From Phoronis australis (taxonomy: Eukaryota > Animalia > Phoronida): a stretch of 64,000 nucleotides of DNA. Within the stretch, counting starts at the first letter, position 1. Each line of letters opens with the position of its first letter. The notes under the pieces were generated by a model. It worked only from the letters and a program-made list of their open reading frames with translations, was not told the DNA's origin and searched no databases. Below are positions 51,901-64,000 of the stretch, one piece after another. The translations under genes and the position numbers were made by a program. The stretch spans positions 47,762 through 111,761 of the forward strand of contig NMRA01000093.1 of the NCBI GenBank assembly GCA_002633005.1. The letters run 5' to 3'.

Positions 51901-52306
51901 GATACAGGAACCACATTGAGTCGTATTTTGCTGCTCATTTGACAAAAGCTGTCAACCTGCCGGCAAATAAATGCGTGATTTTATTTCCTTCCACCACAAT
52001 GTCTTTAAAAAAATTGTCGTTCGTAACTAAGGTGATAGACAGAACCCGTCAGCATCAGAGACTTTTGTGTTGGTCATTTTGTATAGAGCAGGGCAATTAT
52101 TGCATTAGCGATGACTCCAAGGCAATAAAACACTGGAAAAAAACTATCGTGGACTAAATGGGTGCTTTTTCTATCAAATTGGCTTCCGAAATTGAATTCT
52201 TCATGCAAAATTTTCTTATTGTCGTTTATTAGCCAAATACAACGTCATCGTTGTGTTTACCAAAGGAATTGTGCTTACTGTAATGCCGGATACACAATTG
52301 GTTTGT

Positions 52307-53170
52307 GACCTGTGAGTGTCACGACCTGTGAGTGTCACGACCTGTGAGTGTCACGACCTGTGAGTGTCACGACCTGTGAGTGTCACGACCTGTGAGTGTC
52401 ACGACCTGTGAGTGTCACGACCTGTGAGTGTCACGACCTGTGAGTGTCACGACCTGTGAGTGTCACGACCTGTGAGTGTCACGACCTGTGAGTGTCACGA
52501 CCTGTGAGTGTCACGACCTGTGAGTGTCACGACCTGTGAGTGTCACGACCTGTGAGTGTCACGACCTGTGAGTGTCACGACCTGTGAGTGTCACGACCTG
52601 TGAGTGTCACGACCTGTGAGTGTCACGACCTGTGAGTGTCACGACCTGTGAGTGTCACGACCTGTGAGTGTCACGACCTGTGAGTGTCACAAACTGTGAG
52701 TGTCACGACCTGTGAGTGTCACGACCTGTGAGTGTCACGACCTGTGAGTGTCACGACCTGTGAGTGTCACGACCTGTGAGTGTCACGACCTGTGAGTGTC
52801 ACGACCTGTGAGTGTCACGACCTGTGAGTGTCACGACCTGTGAGTGTCACGACCTGTGAGTGTCACGACCTGTGAGTGTCACGACCTGTGAGTGTCACGA
52901 CCTGTGAGTGTCACGACCTGTGAGTGTCACGACCTGTGAGTGTCACGACCTGTGAGTGTCACGACCTGTGAGTGTCACGACCTGTGAGTGTCACGACCTG
53001 TGAGTGTCACGACCTGTGAGTGTCACGACCTGTGAGTGTCACGACCTGTGAGTGTCACGACCTGTGAGTGTCACGACCTGTGAGTGTCACGACCTGTGAG
53101 TGTCACGACCTGTGAGTGTCACGACCTGTGAGTGTCACGACCTGTGAGTGTCACGACCTGTGAGTGTCAC
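52307..53170. repeat. minisatellite, 16-bp unit GACCTGTGAGTGTCAC x54
   Basis: 864 bp = 54 units; only one variant unit seen (AAACTGTGAG at 52691); no spacers. Confidence 0.97.
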
Positions 53171-54742
53171 AAACGCTTTAACAATAAGAAATGTTATTTG
53201 ATCCTGGAAATTCCTTTCGTGTGGAGTTCAAAATGTACTCTGTACATTTTCGACTATACCATAAACTACTCATGCTAAAAAACACCATGGAAAGCACAAA
53301 GGGACACATCTGTAAATTGGACCTGGCACATTTGATAGCATTTCATTCACACAATCCAAGAAAGAAGGCGTTAAGTGCGTGTACGGTTTTCCTCCGTGTG
53401 ACAAATATCATGCAAACTCATGGAATACAGGGGCAGGTGTAACAAATTGTTACATTTTAAGAGAGGTCTAGCAACGTAAAATGTAACAATGAGATAAAAT
53501 GTAACAACTGTTACATTTTATGGCGTATCAAAGCTTACCTAGTTATACTTAAATTTGGTGTGTCTGGAGAGTAAATGACAGTGTGGATGAGTCCCTTATG
53601 TTATTTCATTTCTATGCTTATTTCTTAATAAAGGTGCTAAAAAACCTGCTGATCGATAACAGGGCTATCCTGAGTTTTAGCTCAAGTGTTTTGCCTAACC
53701 ATGAGGCCTGTGCACGTCTGATGCACCGCAAAATAAATCAGACCACCTGCACTGTTTTTACGATCTTTCCACAAACGCTGCTCCAGAATGACGGAAAGTA
53801 GCCGCATTGGCTATTCTAGAGTTAGTACTCATAAATATTAATATCAAATAGATGCTGGAATGCCATGCAGTTACCGACAAATAAAAATATAAAATAGTAA
53901 AACTGGTAAAACTAAAACGACGAGTTTCGGTACTATAATATATTAAAATGTCCCCACATTCCGAGGGACGCGCTCTTTGTCAAGGGTGTGCTACAGACAC
54001 ATTATTAATTTTATTCTGAAGCGAAACTTGAACAACATTCTGATCACCAAGCAAAGCCCATGGAACAAATTAGCCAGTCAAAATATTTTTTTCAATGTAT
54101 AAGTGTACAATTTTGTAGTATAAAAATGGTATACGGCGGTGCTATTGGTGACTTTCCATTCAAACTGATAAGAAGAGATCTAACAGTAAACTATATAGAT
54201 GGATCCGGGAAATGTAATCTAGGATTTCCCTCGTAAGCAATCCTGATTGGGTGCACTAATTCTGCGGTCAAGACAACACAAAGCGCTTGCATTTGGCCGG
54301 CACTCACCCTGGCCTGGTTTGTAGACGAGTAAAAGAAACACAATCAAATAATTTCCATTGACATGCATAGTATTTTTCTAGCTTTTCAAATAAAGTCGGT
54401 CATCTACTTGACTAAGAACTTAACGCTCGTGATACGCGGTTACCGAGATTTTATCACCATAAAGCGAATGTAGGGAGCTTCTTTGGAAAAGAAAAAAGAA
54501 ACAGTGACTTAAAGAAATCTTTGTTTCCGAAACAGCACTCAGGTCACATTTTAAGAACAAAACCGACTTGAAGAAATCATTGTCGCCCTATCCAGGGCGC
54601 TTTATCGGTAAGCTTCGGTGTTAACAAAGCAGCAGGATATTGGCAAGTGAACAGACCAGAAATTCAGTTTCTATAACTTGCTTAAAATTACAAGAACGTG
54701 AAACAAATTTAAGTAATTGGTTGCGTACTAACATTATCTTAA

Positions 54743-56078
54743 AGGCGAAGGCAACCTTTTTTCATGTCATTTTTAGCAAAAATAAGGATCGTTGATTATC
54801 CCAGACACATTTTTCACTTAATTACAGCTTTTCGTAATTTCATTAATTTCTCGTCCTCTACTGCGGAAGTGACGTTTTGGGAGGCAAGAGTTTCGCGCCA
54901 ATTTATTTTCATTATAGTCTGACTGTGAGAGCTGTCGAGTCAGTCATTGTTCCACCTCGGTTGTGATAAGTTCGGTCGTCGTTTGCTTTTGTTTACAAGT
55001 CAGTCAACATGCCACGCTTTTGCTGCGTGCCGGGATGTACTCATTATCGTCTCACACGCGGTTTGGGTACCTTGCGTCGCTTTCCGAAGGATGACACACT
55101 TCGCCGTACTTGACTAGCTCGTTCATTTGAAGAACGCAGCGCTACCCGTCCGCGCAACGTACAAAGCAATGGAGGGTTACCGAGTGTGTGGCAAGCATTT
55201 TCTGCAGTCAGATTATGACAGAGATATGTACGCTGAATTGATGAAGGTCCCTGCGAAACAACGCCCGAAGAAGGAAACCATACCGTCGCTATTGATTCCC
55301 GGCAGTGCCTCGTTGCCAACCCCGAGAAGTGCGTTTTTGAAGCGAGAAGCCTCGCAAGCTGTGGCCACTATATACAGTGAAGGCACGTCATCTACTGTCA
55401 CCCGTGCCTCCGAACGTACCCCATTGCGTGCAATTCCGGGAACTAGCAGTGATTCGCCCTGTGTTGTTGTCCAGTCTAGCCCCGGCAGAGCCTGTAAGCA
55501 GCACTGCAGCGATGTTGAGTAGTGGGAGTGAATACAGGCTCAGTTCGACACCCAGTGAAGAGGACAGTTCGTCATCCAATGAACAGATCGGTGAGCCTAA
55601 GTTTGATAAGTTTATTGTGGACTTGTATTGGAGCTATTTGGAAGCTGCCAGGTGTGTGACGAGGGAGTAACACGGCGGGATGTAAGTAGTTTGGGTGCTC
55701 AGATCACTCTCCAGTGGGAGTGTGTTGCGGGACACTCGGGCAAGTGGGACAGTTCTTCCTCTGTACGTGAGACGATAATGACTAAAACCCAGTACGCAGC
55801 AACAGCGTGGCATGTTGACTGACTCGTAAGCAAAAGCAAACGACGACCGAACTTATCACAACCGAGCTAAAACAATGACTGAATCGACGGCTCTCACAGT
55901 CAGACTATATGAAAAGAAATTGGCGCGAAATTCTTGCCTCCCAAAACGTAACTTCCGGAGGAGACGACGAGTAATTTATTGAATTAAGAAAAGCAGTAAA
56001 TAAGTGAAAAATATGTCTGGGATAATCAACGAACCTTATTTTTGCTAAAAATGACATGTAAAAAGGTTGCCTTCGCCT
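54743..56078 (+). mobile_element. non-autonomous Kolobok-type DNA transposon with ~300-bp TIRs and THAP/Zn-ribbon remnant
   Basis: TTAA|AGGCGAAGGCAACC...GGTTGCCTTCGCCT|TTAA. ATG at 55009: MPRFCCVPGC..FPKD..RVCGKHF..ETIPSL (THAP), then KFIV..LELFGSCQVC..G..WECVAGHSGKWDS; broken by a stop and frameshifts, no DDE core. Confidence 0.85.
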
Positions 56079-56857
56079 TTAAGAAGGAAGGACTTTATCG
56101 AAGAATCAGCCGGCTCAAAGCTAAGTCAATACATACGATCGCTTTACAAATTTAGCTACCAGTTGTGATTTTTTAACCCGGCGTTAATTGTTGATTATAA
56201 AATCTTTGACATTGTCAATGCCTTATCTGCGTTGATTCCCCGTACATTATTTGGACCCATGGATACATGAACGCATCAACAATTTCTTGAACTCTTAGTA
56301 GTTAGGTACACAAACTCAACTCGAGCATCTGGCCTAGTCAGACATGATCCGTGTTATGCTGTTCAAGCCTCGTCTTGTCATTGGAATGTCAATTATGCAT
56401 AAATTTTAAGAATGGCCTATTGTTTTCACAGCAGTTACTACTTTTCATGAGTCATTCATTTTTGATTTTATATCGACTGCCAATACCAATATAAGGATTT
56501 GTCTGCACTTATTCTGCCCTGGAGGCAAGTTCTAGCTCTAGGGTAACACGTCGCCGCCACTCAGTGACCTCGGGGCCCGTTGCACACTCGTCTGAGCGTT
56601 TTAATAACTGACTACGGGCTCTACTATCAGACACCTCATTCTGGACCGTGAGCACACCAAAAGTTCTTTGAACCAGTAAGATACACTAACTCAGCTCGAG
56701 CAGCTGGGGCTATCCAGACGAAATCCACGACAGGCTGTTCAAACCTCGTTTTGGCATTGGAATGTCAACCATGCAGAGATTTTAATGGCCTATCCTAGAA
56801 GACATGTTATATGGCCTTTACCTGAGTGCGAAACAAATCTTAATTTTGTCTTTCCAG

Positions 56858-57190
56858 CCATTGGCGTTGATGACATGTTCGTTCTATTGGCTGCATGGCG
56901 TCAAACAGATCCTCAACAGACCGTTGAACAGCGTCTCGGTCAAACCTTCCGCGACGCCGGGATTTCTATCACCATAACGACAGTCACTGATGCCTTTGCA
57001 TTTGGAATTGGGGCCATAACCTTTTACCCATCAGTGCAAATCTTTTGCGCCTACACAGGTCTGAACATTCTCCTAGCCTTTGCTTACCAGGTCACGTTCT
57101 TTGGAGGATGTATGGCTTTGATCGGGAAGCGCGAACACCAGAACCGTCACTCCTACACGTGTAGGAAAGTGCTACCAAAAGCTGAAGCAG
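56858..57190 (+). CDS. PTCHD3: patched domain-containing protein 3-like, exon 2 (sterol-sensing domain)
   Basis: TTCCAG|AIGVDDMFVLLAAW..GISITITTVTDAFAFGIG..YQVTFFGGC|GTATGA; phases 1/1. Confidence 0.92.
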
Positions 57191-57697
57191 GTATGATTTG
57201 TGTTTAAACTTTTTATGTAAACCATAATATATCTTTCGAATGGCTCATTATACATGTAGCTATTCATTGTTGTTAAATTCCTAACCTTGCAAAATTTGAC
57301 CTTTACTGCATACACGGCAGAGTGTATCAGAAAATATTGGGAAAGTTACATACTTAATCGTCCTTTGCAGAAGACACCACTATGTATGGCCATAATAGAA
57401 CCAAAGTTCTATGACAGAACGATTGTCTTATTGTCTTAATACTTAATAATGATGAAGTTCATAGGAGCCAGCTGGTGCACGTTTTTAAAATTAAAATTGT
57501 AAAGCATAGGTTACAGAACACCATCAGATATTAAGCCGATCCCGATGATTGTGCTCACCAGACTACTTCAACTAAAGAAATGCTACGATAAGATCAGTTG
57601 TTTTGTGAGGGTGGGGAGTGAAGGTGTTACACCATTTTTCAAGTGGCACGCAAATACAGCACCGTAATAACAGTAATGTCACTTTAATTCGTTTCAG

Positions 57698-59175
57698 GGC
57701 ACAAATCGTCTTTTTATCGCCTTTTATGTGCTGGGGGCTACTCTCCCGATTTAGATGTAAAGTCTACTCAAGAGAACAACGTTGAAACAAGTTCACACGC
57801 CGGGATGACTTTCTTTCGAAAGTACTACGGTCCCTTCATTATGAAGATCCCTGTCAAGATTGTGACCGTGCTACTGTATTTGGGATATTTAGGGACAGCA
57901 ATTTATGGCTGTACGAAAGTCGAAGATGGCTTGGATCTTCGAAAATTAGCTCTTGATGATTCGTATGCCATAAAATTTTATGATCTAGATGTTAAGTATT
58001 ACAAGGAATATCACGCAAATGTTATGCTTGTAGTAAATACGGAAGTCGACTACTCGTCATTAAACACCACATATCAATTAAACTCACTGGTGGAAGACCT
58101 GGGAAGTTCCGGATATTTTGCTGGTCGTGAGTTTATGACGTCATGGATCCATGACTATTTGAAATATCTGAATGATTATGACATTGAGTTTGACAAACAT
58201 AATTTCACGTCCATCCTTTACAACCGTTTTCTTTTAGAACCAGCATATGAAAAATACGGGTTGGACGTAGTTTTTAACCACGATAAATCTGAAATTTCTC
58301 GTTCAAGAATTTTTGTCCGGTCAATAAACATGACTAGTACTACGCGGGACCGCTACATGATGGTGACTGCACGCAACATTGCGCGCGAGTCCACACTAGA
58401 TGTCGTTGCCTTTCATCCTGGATTTATTTATTACGATCAATATGACACAGTGCTTTCCAACACATTACAAAATGTTGGCATAGCAACTGGCTGCATGTTT
58501 GTTATATCCCTTTTGCTGATACCTAACCCAGTTGTTGCTCTTTGGGTGTTTTTAAGCATCGCTTCCATCAGCACTGGGTTGCTTGGATTCATGACGTTTT
58601 GGAACGAAAAAGTAGATTCCGTGTCTATGATATGCATTGTTATGTCCATCGGTTTCAGTGTTGATTTTTCAGCGCACGTCGCTTACGCATTTTCGATCAG
58701 TGGACATCCTGAACCAAACGGTCGTGCTTGCGATGCACTAGGATTTCTCGGACTGCCCATTACCCAGGGTGCACTATCTACCCTTTTGGGATTCGTTGTA
58801 CTGGCCGCTGCCCCTTCGCAAATATTCCGAATCTACTTCAAAATTCTCTTGCTCGTTATTGTCATAGGATACATGCACGGCATACTTATTCTTCCAATCA
58901 TTATGTCCGTTACCGGACGTAGGAAAACGAAGATCAGATCCGACGCTGCGCATGCCCAGCCTGGCACCTCCTTGACTGCTTACGACAACAATTCACTGTT
59001 TACCGGAGACATGTACCACTGGATCAGACGTATATGTCAACCAACACTGGCGGCACGCATGAACGGAGCCTTTGACAATACAGATGAAGGTGTCCTGGAC
59101 AACTCCGTCAACCGCCCGAAAGAACATGAGCAGGTTATACATAGTAGGGGCGATAAGCTTACTCATGTGACATGA
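57698..59175 (+). CDS. PTCHD3: patched domain-containing protein 3-like, exon 3 (terminal)
   Basis: TTTCAG acceptor in frame with ORF 57805-59175; FFRKYYGPF, GLDLRKLALDDSY, SIGFSVDFSAH, HGILILP; total CDS 2844 nt (947 aa); AATAAA at ~59919 and ~60077. Confidence 0.92.
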
Positions 59176-61334
59176 ACATGGCGTGGATGGCTCGAACAGT
59201 GTGCAACACGTAGATACCAAACACTTGAATCTTCTTAGACAAAACAAAGTTTTAGTGCAAATGTTCACAGTATGTGTATGTGTCAGAATGTTAAAGAGGC
59301 ATCAATGTAAACTCATCCACGCGCATACACTGTAGAATGGGTGTAAATGGTGACACATGAGCAATGCCTACTCAGAAGTAATAACAGCGATACGAAACTC
59401 ATTAGGAAAGGTTCCCAAAAGGGCACGGCATATCTGAAAGGAAACCTTTACTGTCATGTGGTGTATTTTATTCCATGCCAATATCCATCCATCGAGATGT
59501 TCTGTCAGCATGTCAGTTTGCAGTAATATATGGCTCATTGTCGTTTTTAGTTGATATGAGATTTTGAAACACCGGTCTTTGGAGGGTAGGCTAAAAGACG
59601 CGCGTTTGAATGCCATGTTTTCGAACAGGACGGAATAGCATGGTTTTGGATTAACAACATGTAAAAAGCTTAGAGAACTGAAGACTTGAATAACCATATT
59701 TATTGTCAACATATTGTTTGGACCATTCCATTCACGTGAAAGTAGGCTGCCGCTTGAGAAATCCTCAACCTCTTGGGCAGAGTCGTTGAGGTCACGGATA
59801 CAAAAATCAAAACCCTTTTTCGCACTTGGAGCACGTTGAAATGACGAGGTCTGATTTTTAAAGACAAGATCTGATCCCTGAATTCAGACTCGACTTAATG
59901 TCAGACTTGGAAACTAAACAATAAAGCGGTTGCATGTTTCGAGTACAAATTTGTAAGTTAACTGGAAATGGGCCAAATACAGTTGCAGAGATTAGACTCG
60001 GGCCCAGATTTTCTTTCAGTAATAGCCCAGCCATGTAGTATTATTGACTTGCCCATCAAACGTGTATGTTATGTGAATAAAAATCATGCGATTGTTTATA
60101 TTTGAGTCTATATATTCCTGAAAGGCTATATTTCGGCGGACCCTTGGACTGAGTTGAGTAGAATAATTGGAATAAAACCTCACCGAAAATAAAAATGAAA
60201 CTCTATAACAGTGGGACGGAAAATGGCTCGAGTACTTTTCTCATCTATGAATTCAACTGGCATGCATCTATTGAACCCCAAGTTTTAGTACTTTGGGATT
60301 ATATAGATCATTATCCTTTGGAAATTGTAGTTAGAAGCAGTATGATGTTTTTTCAACAAGCGTCTGCTGGATCATGGCAGACTCCATAAGAACTCTAACA
60401 TAATTATCTGAAATACGTAAACTTGTGGACACAAGTGGAATTATTTACGTGTACCTTGTGCAGCGCTCCTTTTATTGATGAATCACTTAGAATTTTGACT
60501 GTTTCTATGCAAGATCATAAGCAAGATGTTGAGGTAGCTAACAACAGACATTTTACGACAGCTGGGAGAAAGGCAGAATTGAATCAGTCATGAGCCATGA
60601 ATCACGCCAACGGGAATAACACTGCGGTTTACTGGCCAAACAATAGTCGGACTTGTCAAAACACCAAATGAAATTGTAACAGCCATCGTTCTTTAAACCG
60701 GGGCAATAATGAGGCATATTTGCAAATTTAGTTCAGTTGGATATTTGAGTTGATTTGTTTAAAGTCGATGTTGTGATGTTTCCTTTTGTTCCCCTTGAGT
60801 TTTTTAACAGTGTTAAGTCATCACCTACATCTTGAGTGCCTCTTTTTCATTGTTCCAATTTCAATTGATTTCATTTTAGAACACAATATTTCCCCCCCAA
60901 GCCAAAACTCTTCAAATTGCTGAGTTACGTGTAGACACGTTACGTTGATTTCATAACTCACAGGCTGACCTACTTCAAGGAGGATTGGACATGCGTTGAA
61001 GGGACATCTCACCATTCGATTTTGTCTGACAGCGGTCACTCATCCAGAAGTTTATGATAGATGTGTTCCCGTTGATCTGCTTACTCTATTTTTGAAAACA
61101 CCTGTCTGCCCTCTCTCTGATTTGGTCCGATGTCAAAAGCCTACTGGTGAATTGTGGGCCATTGTTAGATATTTTATGTCTGTTTCAGGGTGTTACCTCA
61201 TAAATTGATACAACTCAATTTCTGCCGAGGGCAACCCACCACTGAATTTTTTTACACTGCATACTGGTCCTTTTGGCGAATGCATCACGACTGGATCTAG
61301 CTCAATTCAGGGTTTGGGCGTGTCTGGCGGAGGC

Positions 61335-61530
61335 AACTAGCCACAGGAGTTATCTGATAGTGTTCATTTATCATACTGGGATTGTGCTGATTGTTTTGAA
61401 CTAGCCACAGGAGTTATCTGCTAGTGTTCATTTATCATACTGGGATTGTGCTGATTGTTTTGAACTAGCCACAGGAGTTATCTGATAGTGTTCATTTATC
61501 ATACTGGGATTGTGCTGAATGTTTTGAACT
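61335..61530. repeat. tandem repeat, 64-bp unit x3
   Basis: AACTAGCCACAGGAGTTATCTG..CATACTGGGATTGTGCTGA.TGTTTTG at 61335, 61399 and 61463. Confidence 0.95.
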
Positions 61531-63067
61531 TGATTTCGTGCCACTCCCAGGCGTAAACTAACATTTTGTTTATTTCCCTAAAGCGTAAATGGGCGCGACT
61601 CAAAGATTTTATTTGCAATCTGAGAAAAGAAATATTTTTTAATTTTAAGTACCTAAAATGGTAGTTTTCAAAGAAAATAATGTGCGCCAACAACGAAGTG
61701 CAGAGCTATTTTACCTACCGTCCCAGAGTATTAAAAGTAAGCCGTTTGTGAAAACAGTATTTGACAAACTGGCACAGCGGAGAAAGTACGAACTCCATAT
61801 TTGACAGATGCTGTATTTTCTTCAATAATTTTCAAAATTTTAGCACACATATTTGTGGGTTAATTTATCTGTTTGATATACCTGTTACAAAGGATAAGAT
61901 ACACATTACCAAAACCAAACACCGCTGTTGCATGTGCCTTTATAAAATTAACAATAACAGTCCTGTTCATCGTTTTACCCGACACGCTTAAAAGACAGTT
62001 CGTTACCAAAAACAACTTTAAGAAAAATACTGCTCAAGACATATTTTGTTCACGTAACACCATTATCATAAATGAGAGAAAGGCGACGGTACTTCGTTAT
62101 CTTCATAACGAATTGAATGTTCAAGCCCTTCTGTTGATTTTATAGATCCTTTAGAAAATTGGTGATGAGTCAGGACGGTATAGAAAAACTGGCCATTTTA
62201 GGGTTGCTATAGCAATAAAAACTAATAACTGCGTAAAATGCCAATCACTATACAGATTTTTTTTTCTTGACGAATCAGCAGAATAGTCCAGTAGCAAATT
62301 ATCAATTGTTACGGCTAAAATGTAGCAGATCATTTACAGAATTCGATAAGATCATCAAGTATCTATTGAAAGGTTGAGCCGCGTGTTACTGTAGGCGATT
62401 TGAACAAAGTTGTCACGCACGAGTTTGAAAAATAAGATAACCTCGACAGATAACGAAAACATCATTCCTCGACTGGTCGCATCTTTTTGTGAAAGATATC
62501 AAATCAATGTAGCGGAAATGAAGGATGGGTGAATAATGCTCATAAAAGGCGATGGTTGCGGTACCAGAAGGTGACGTCATGAATAAACTTGCTCTGTAGT
62601 GAGTTGTAGTAAAAAAAGAATAGTCACACCTTCAACATAAGTCAACACTGTGGCTAAAATGGAAGCATTTTCTCACACTGTAACTAAGATCAACTCTAAC
62701 ACAAAACGAGACATGCAACTAAAGCTATTGACATCTTAGGAAATGCCTCAACACAACAACAGTGTCTCAGCGTATTATATGCAAACGGATATTCATTTCT
62801 TTCCGGTCTTAGATTTTTAAACTGCATTAAATGTGCGTATTTGTTGAATTGAGAGAACTAGAATTTGACCCTATATTTCTTATACAAAACTACTTCACTT
62901 TCAAGTACCAGCATTATTCAAAGATAATCTTTCCATTTGAGCTGCCCCAGTTCAGCAGAAACTTAATCCCAAAATTATGTTCATTCAACACAGCTCCAAG
63001 TATTTCCAAACTTAACTAAATTTAATGTAATTTTTAGTTTATTTTTTATTTTTGCGGTGCACCACCA

Positions 63068-63250
63068 CCTAAAATGGCCGCCCAAGTGAGCAACAGGTGA
63101 CTCGTGCATTATGGGTACTCATTGAACTGTAGCACGTGTAATTAGTATCCGCGGAGATCCTGTCCACTTTTTAAAATCTTTTCAAGTTACTCGAATTCCC
63201 CCGGGGTCTAATGAATTATGCATGGGTCACACCGGAAGTGACGTTGGTGG
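63068..63250 (+). promoter_or_regulatory. putative housekeeping-type promoter (YY1-like and ETS-CRE motifs)
   Basis: AAAATGGCCGCC at ~63071 and CCGGAAGTGACGT at ~63232 in a locally CpG-richer patch ahead of a candidate exon. Confidence 0.35.
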
Positions 63251-63539
63251 CCCAAGTCATTCCCTGCCAGCTTTGTTTGTGCATCGAATTATTGCGGACA
63301 TCTTTTTTCAAAAAATGATCGTATTTACCTTCGACGAGTGTTTTCAGACAAACCTAGAATGAATTAGAGCATAGCTGAGTGGGATATTTCCATGGCTTGG
63401 TTTGCAGCGGATAAGAAATCGTGGGAGGCTGCGACCACAACGAATCACGTACACGATGAAGCTGCGCTGGTCAGGTTGCTTGCCTTGGACGTTGAGGTGG
63501 CTGTTCACAAGCACTAATTGCATCAATCTGAGTCACCAC

Positions 63540-63767
63540 ATGGGCTTCAGCTTACTACATGTATGTTTCGAAAAAGCAAGACCAAAAGGAAGTGACGGAG
63601 CACAGAGGAGGAAAATACCGGCGCTATTGGCGTTTTTGTTCAGATCATGTATAGTGGGCACTTTCATCGTCCCTTTCGTGAACGGAGGGTTAGAAATGTT
63701 TGTGGCACACACGGAGGAGAAGACTACAACGGATCTTGTCATGTACTGGAAATCACCAAAAAGAATG
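63540..63767 (+). CDS. candidate first coding exon of a downstream gene (hydrophobic signal/anchor segment)
   Basis: TTTTCAG acceptor at ~63347; MGFSLLH..RRKIPALLAFLFRSCIVGTFIVPFVNG; possible GTAAAT donor near 63767. No recognisable domain. Confidence 0.25.
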
Positions 63768-64000
63768 TAAATGCGTTGAATTCAGAAATTTCGATTCCAC
63801 ATCCCGTTTCAATGATCGATGATGAGTTGAGGTACACTTTTGTGAGCCCAATAAAGGTGCGTGACGGTGCAGGTATTTGTGTGAATAATTCTCGTAGTAC
63901 ATTTCAAAATCCGGGAATTGATTGTACCGCAAATAATGTACTATCTACAAGTACATCGACGAACCCTAAAATGTGGCCAATATGTTTCAATGAATTATCA

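Noticed and set aside
52307-53170. CRISPR-like array
   Set aside because: Units are contiguous with no unique spacers, no cas genes are present, and the context is a eukaryotic intron.

Overview
Eukaryotic (metazoan, probably marine invertebrate/lophotrochozoan) AT-rich genomic DNA with spliceosomal introns and one 422-nt N gap (39350-39771). Three host genes could be reconstructed by hand with consistent GT-AG sites and phases: (1) a minus-strand secreted PAN/apple-domain protein with an unnamed C-terminal domain (22010-13729, at least 4 exons); (2) a complete 9-exon minus-strand PhyH/phytanoyl-CoA-dioxygenase-family Fe(II)/2-oxoglutarate dioxygenase (35232-26746, 359 aa); (3) a complete 3-exon plus-strand patched-domain protein, PTCHD3-like (48415-59175, 947 aa). 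The rest is mostly decayed mobile DNA: Kolobok-type THAP elements (one with ~300-bp TIRs and TTAA TSD), a hAT transposase 3' end inserted in one of two near-identical copies flanking the gap, L1/Tx1, L2/CR1-type and Penelope-like retroelement relics, many MITEs and hairpins, a 666-bp satellite, a 16-bp x54 minisatellite and a tRNA-Ala-derived element. No prokaryote-type system (CRISPR etc.) is present. I found no clearly new biological system; the best leads are TE architecture oddities, an orphan exon and the uncharacterised PAN-domain gene.
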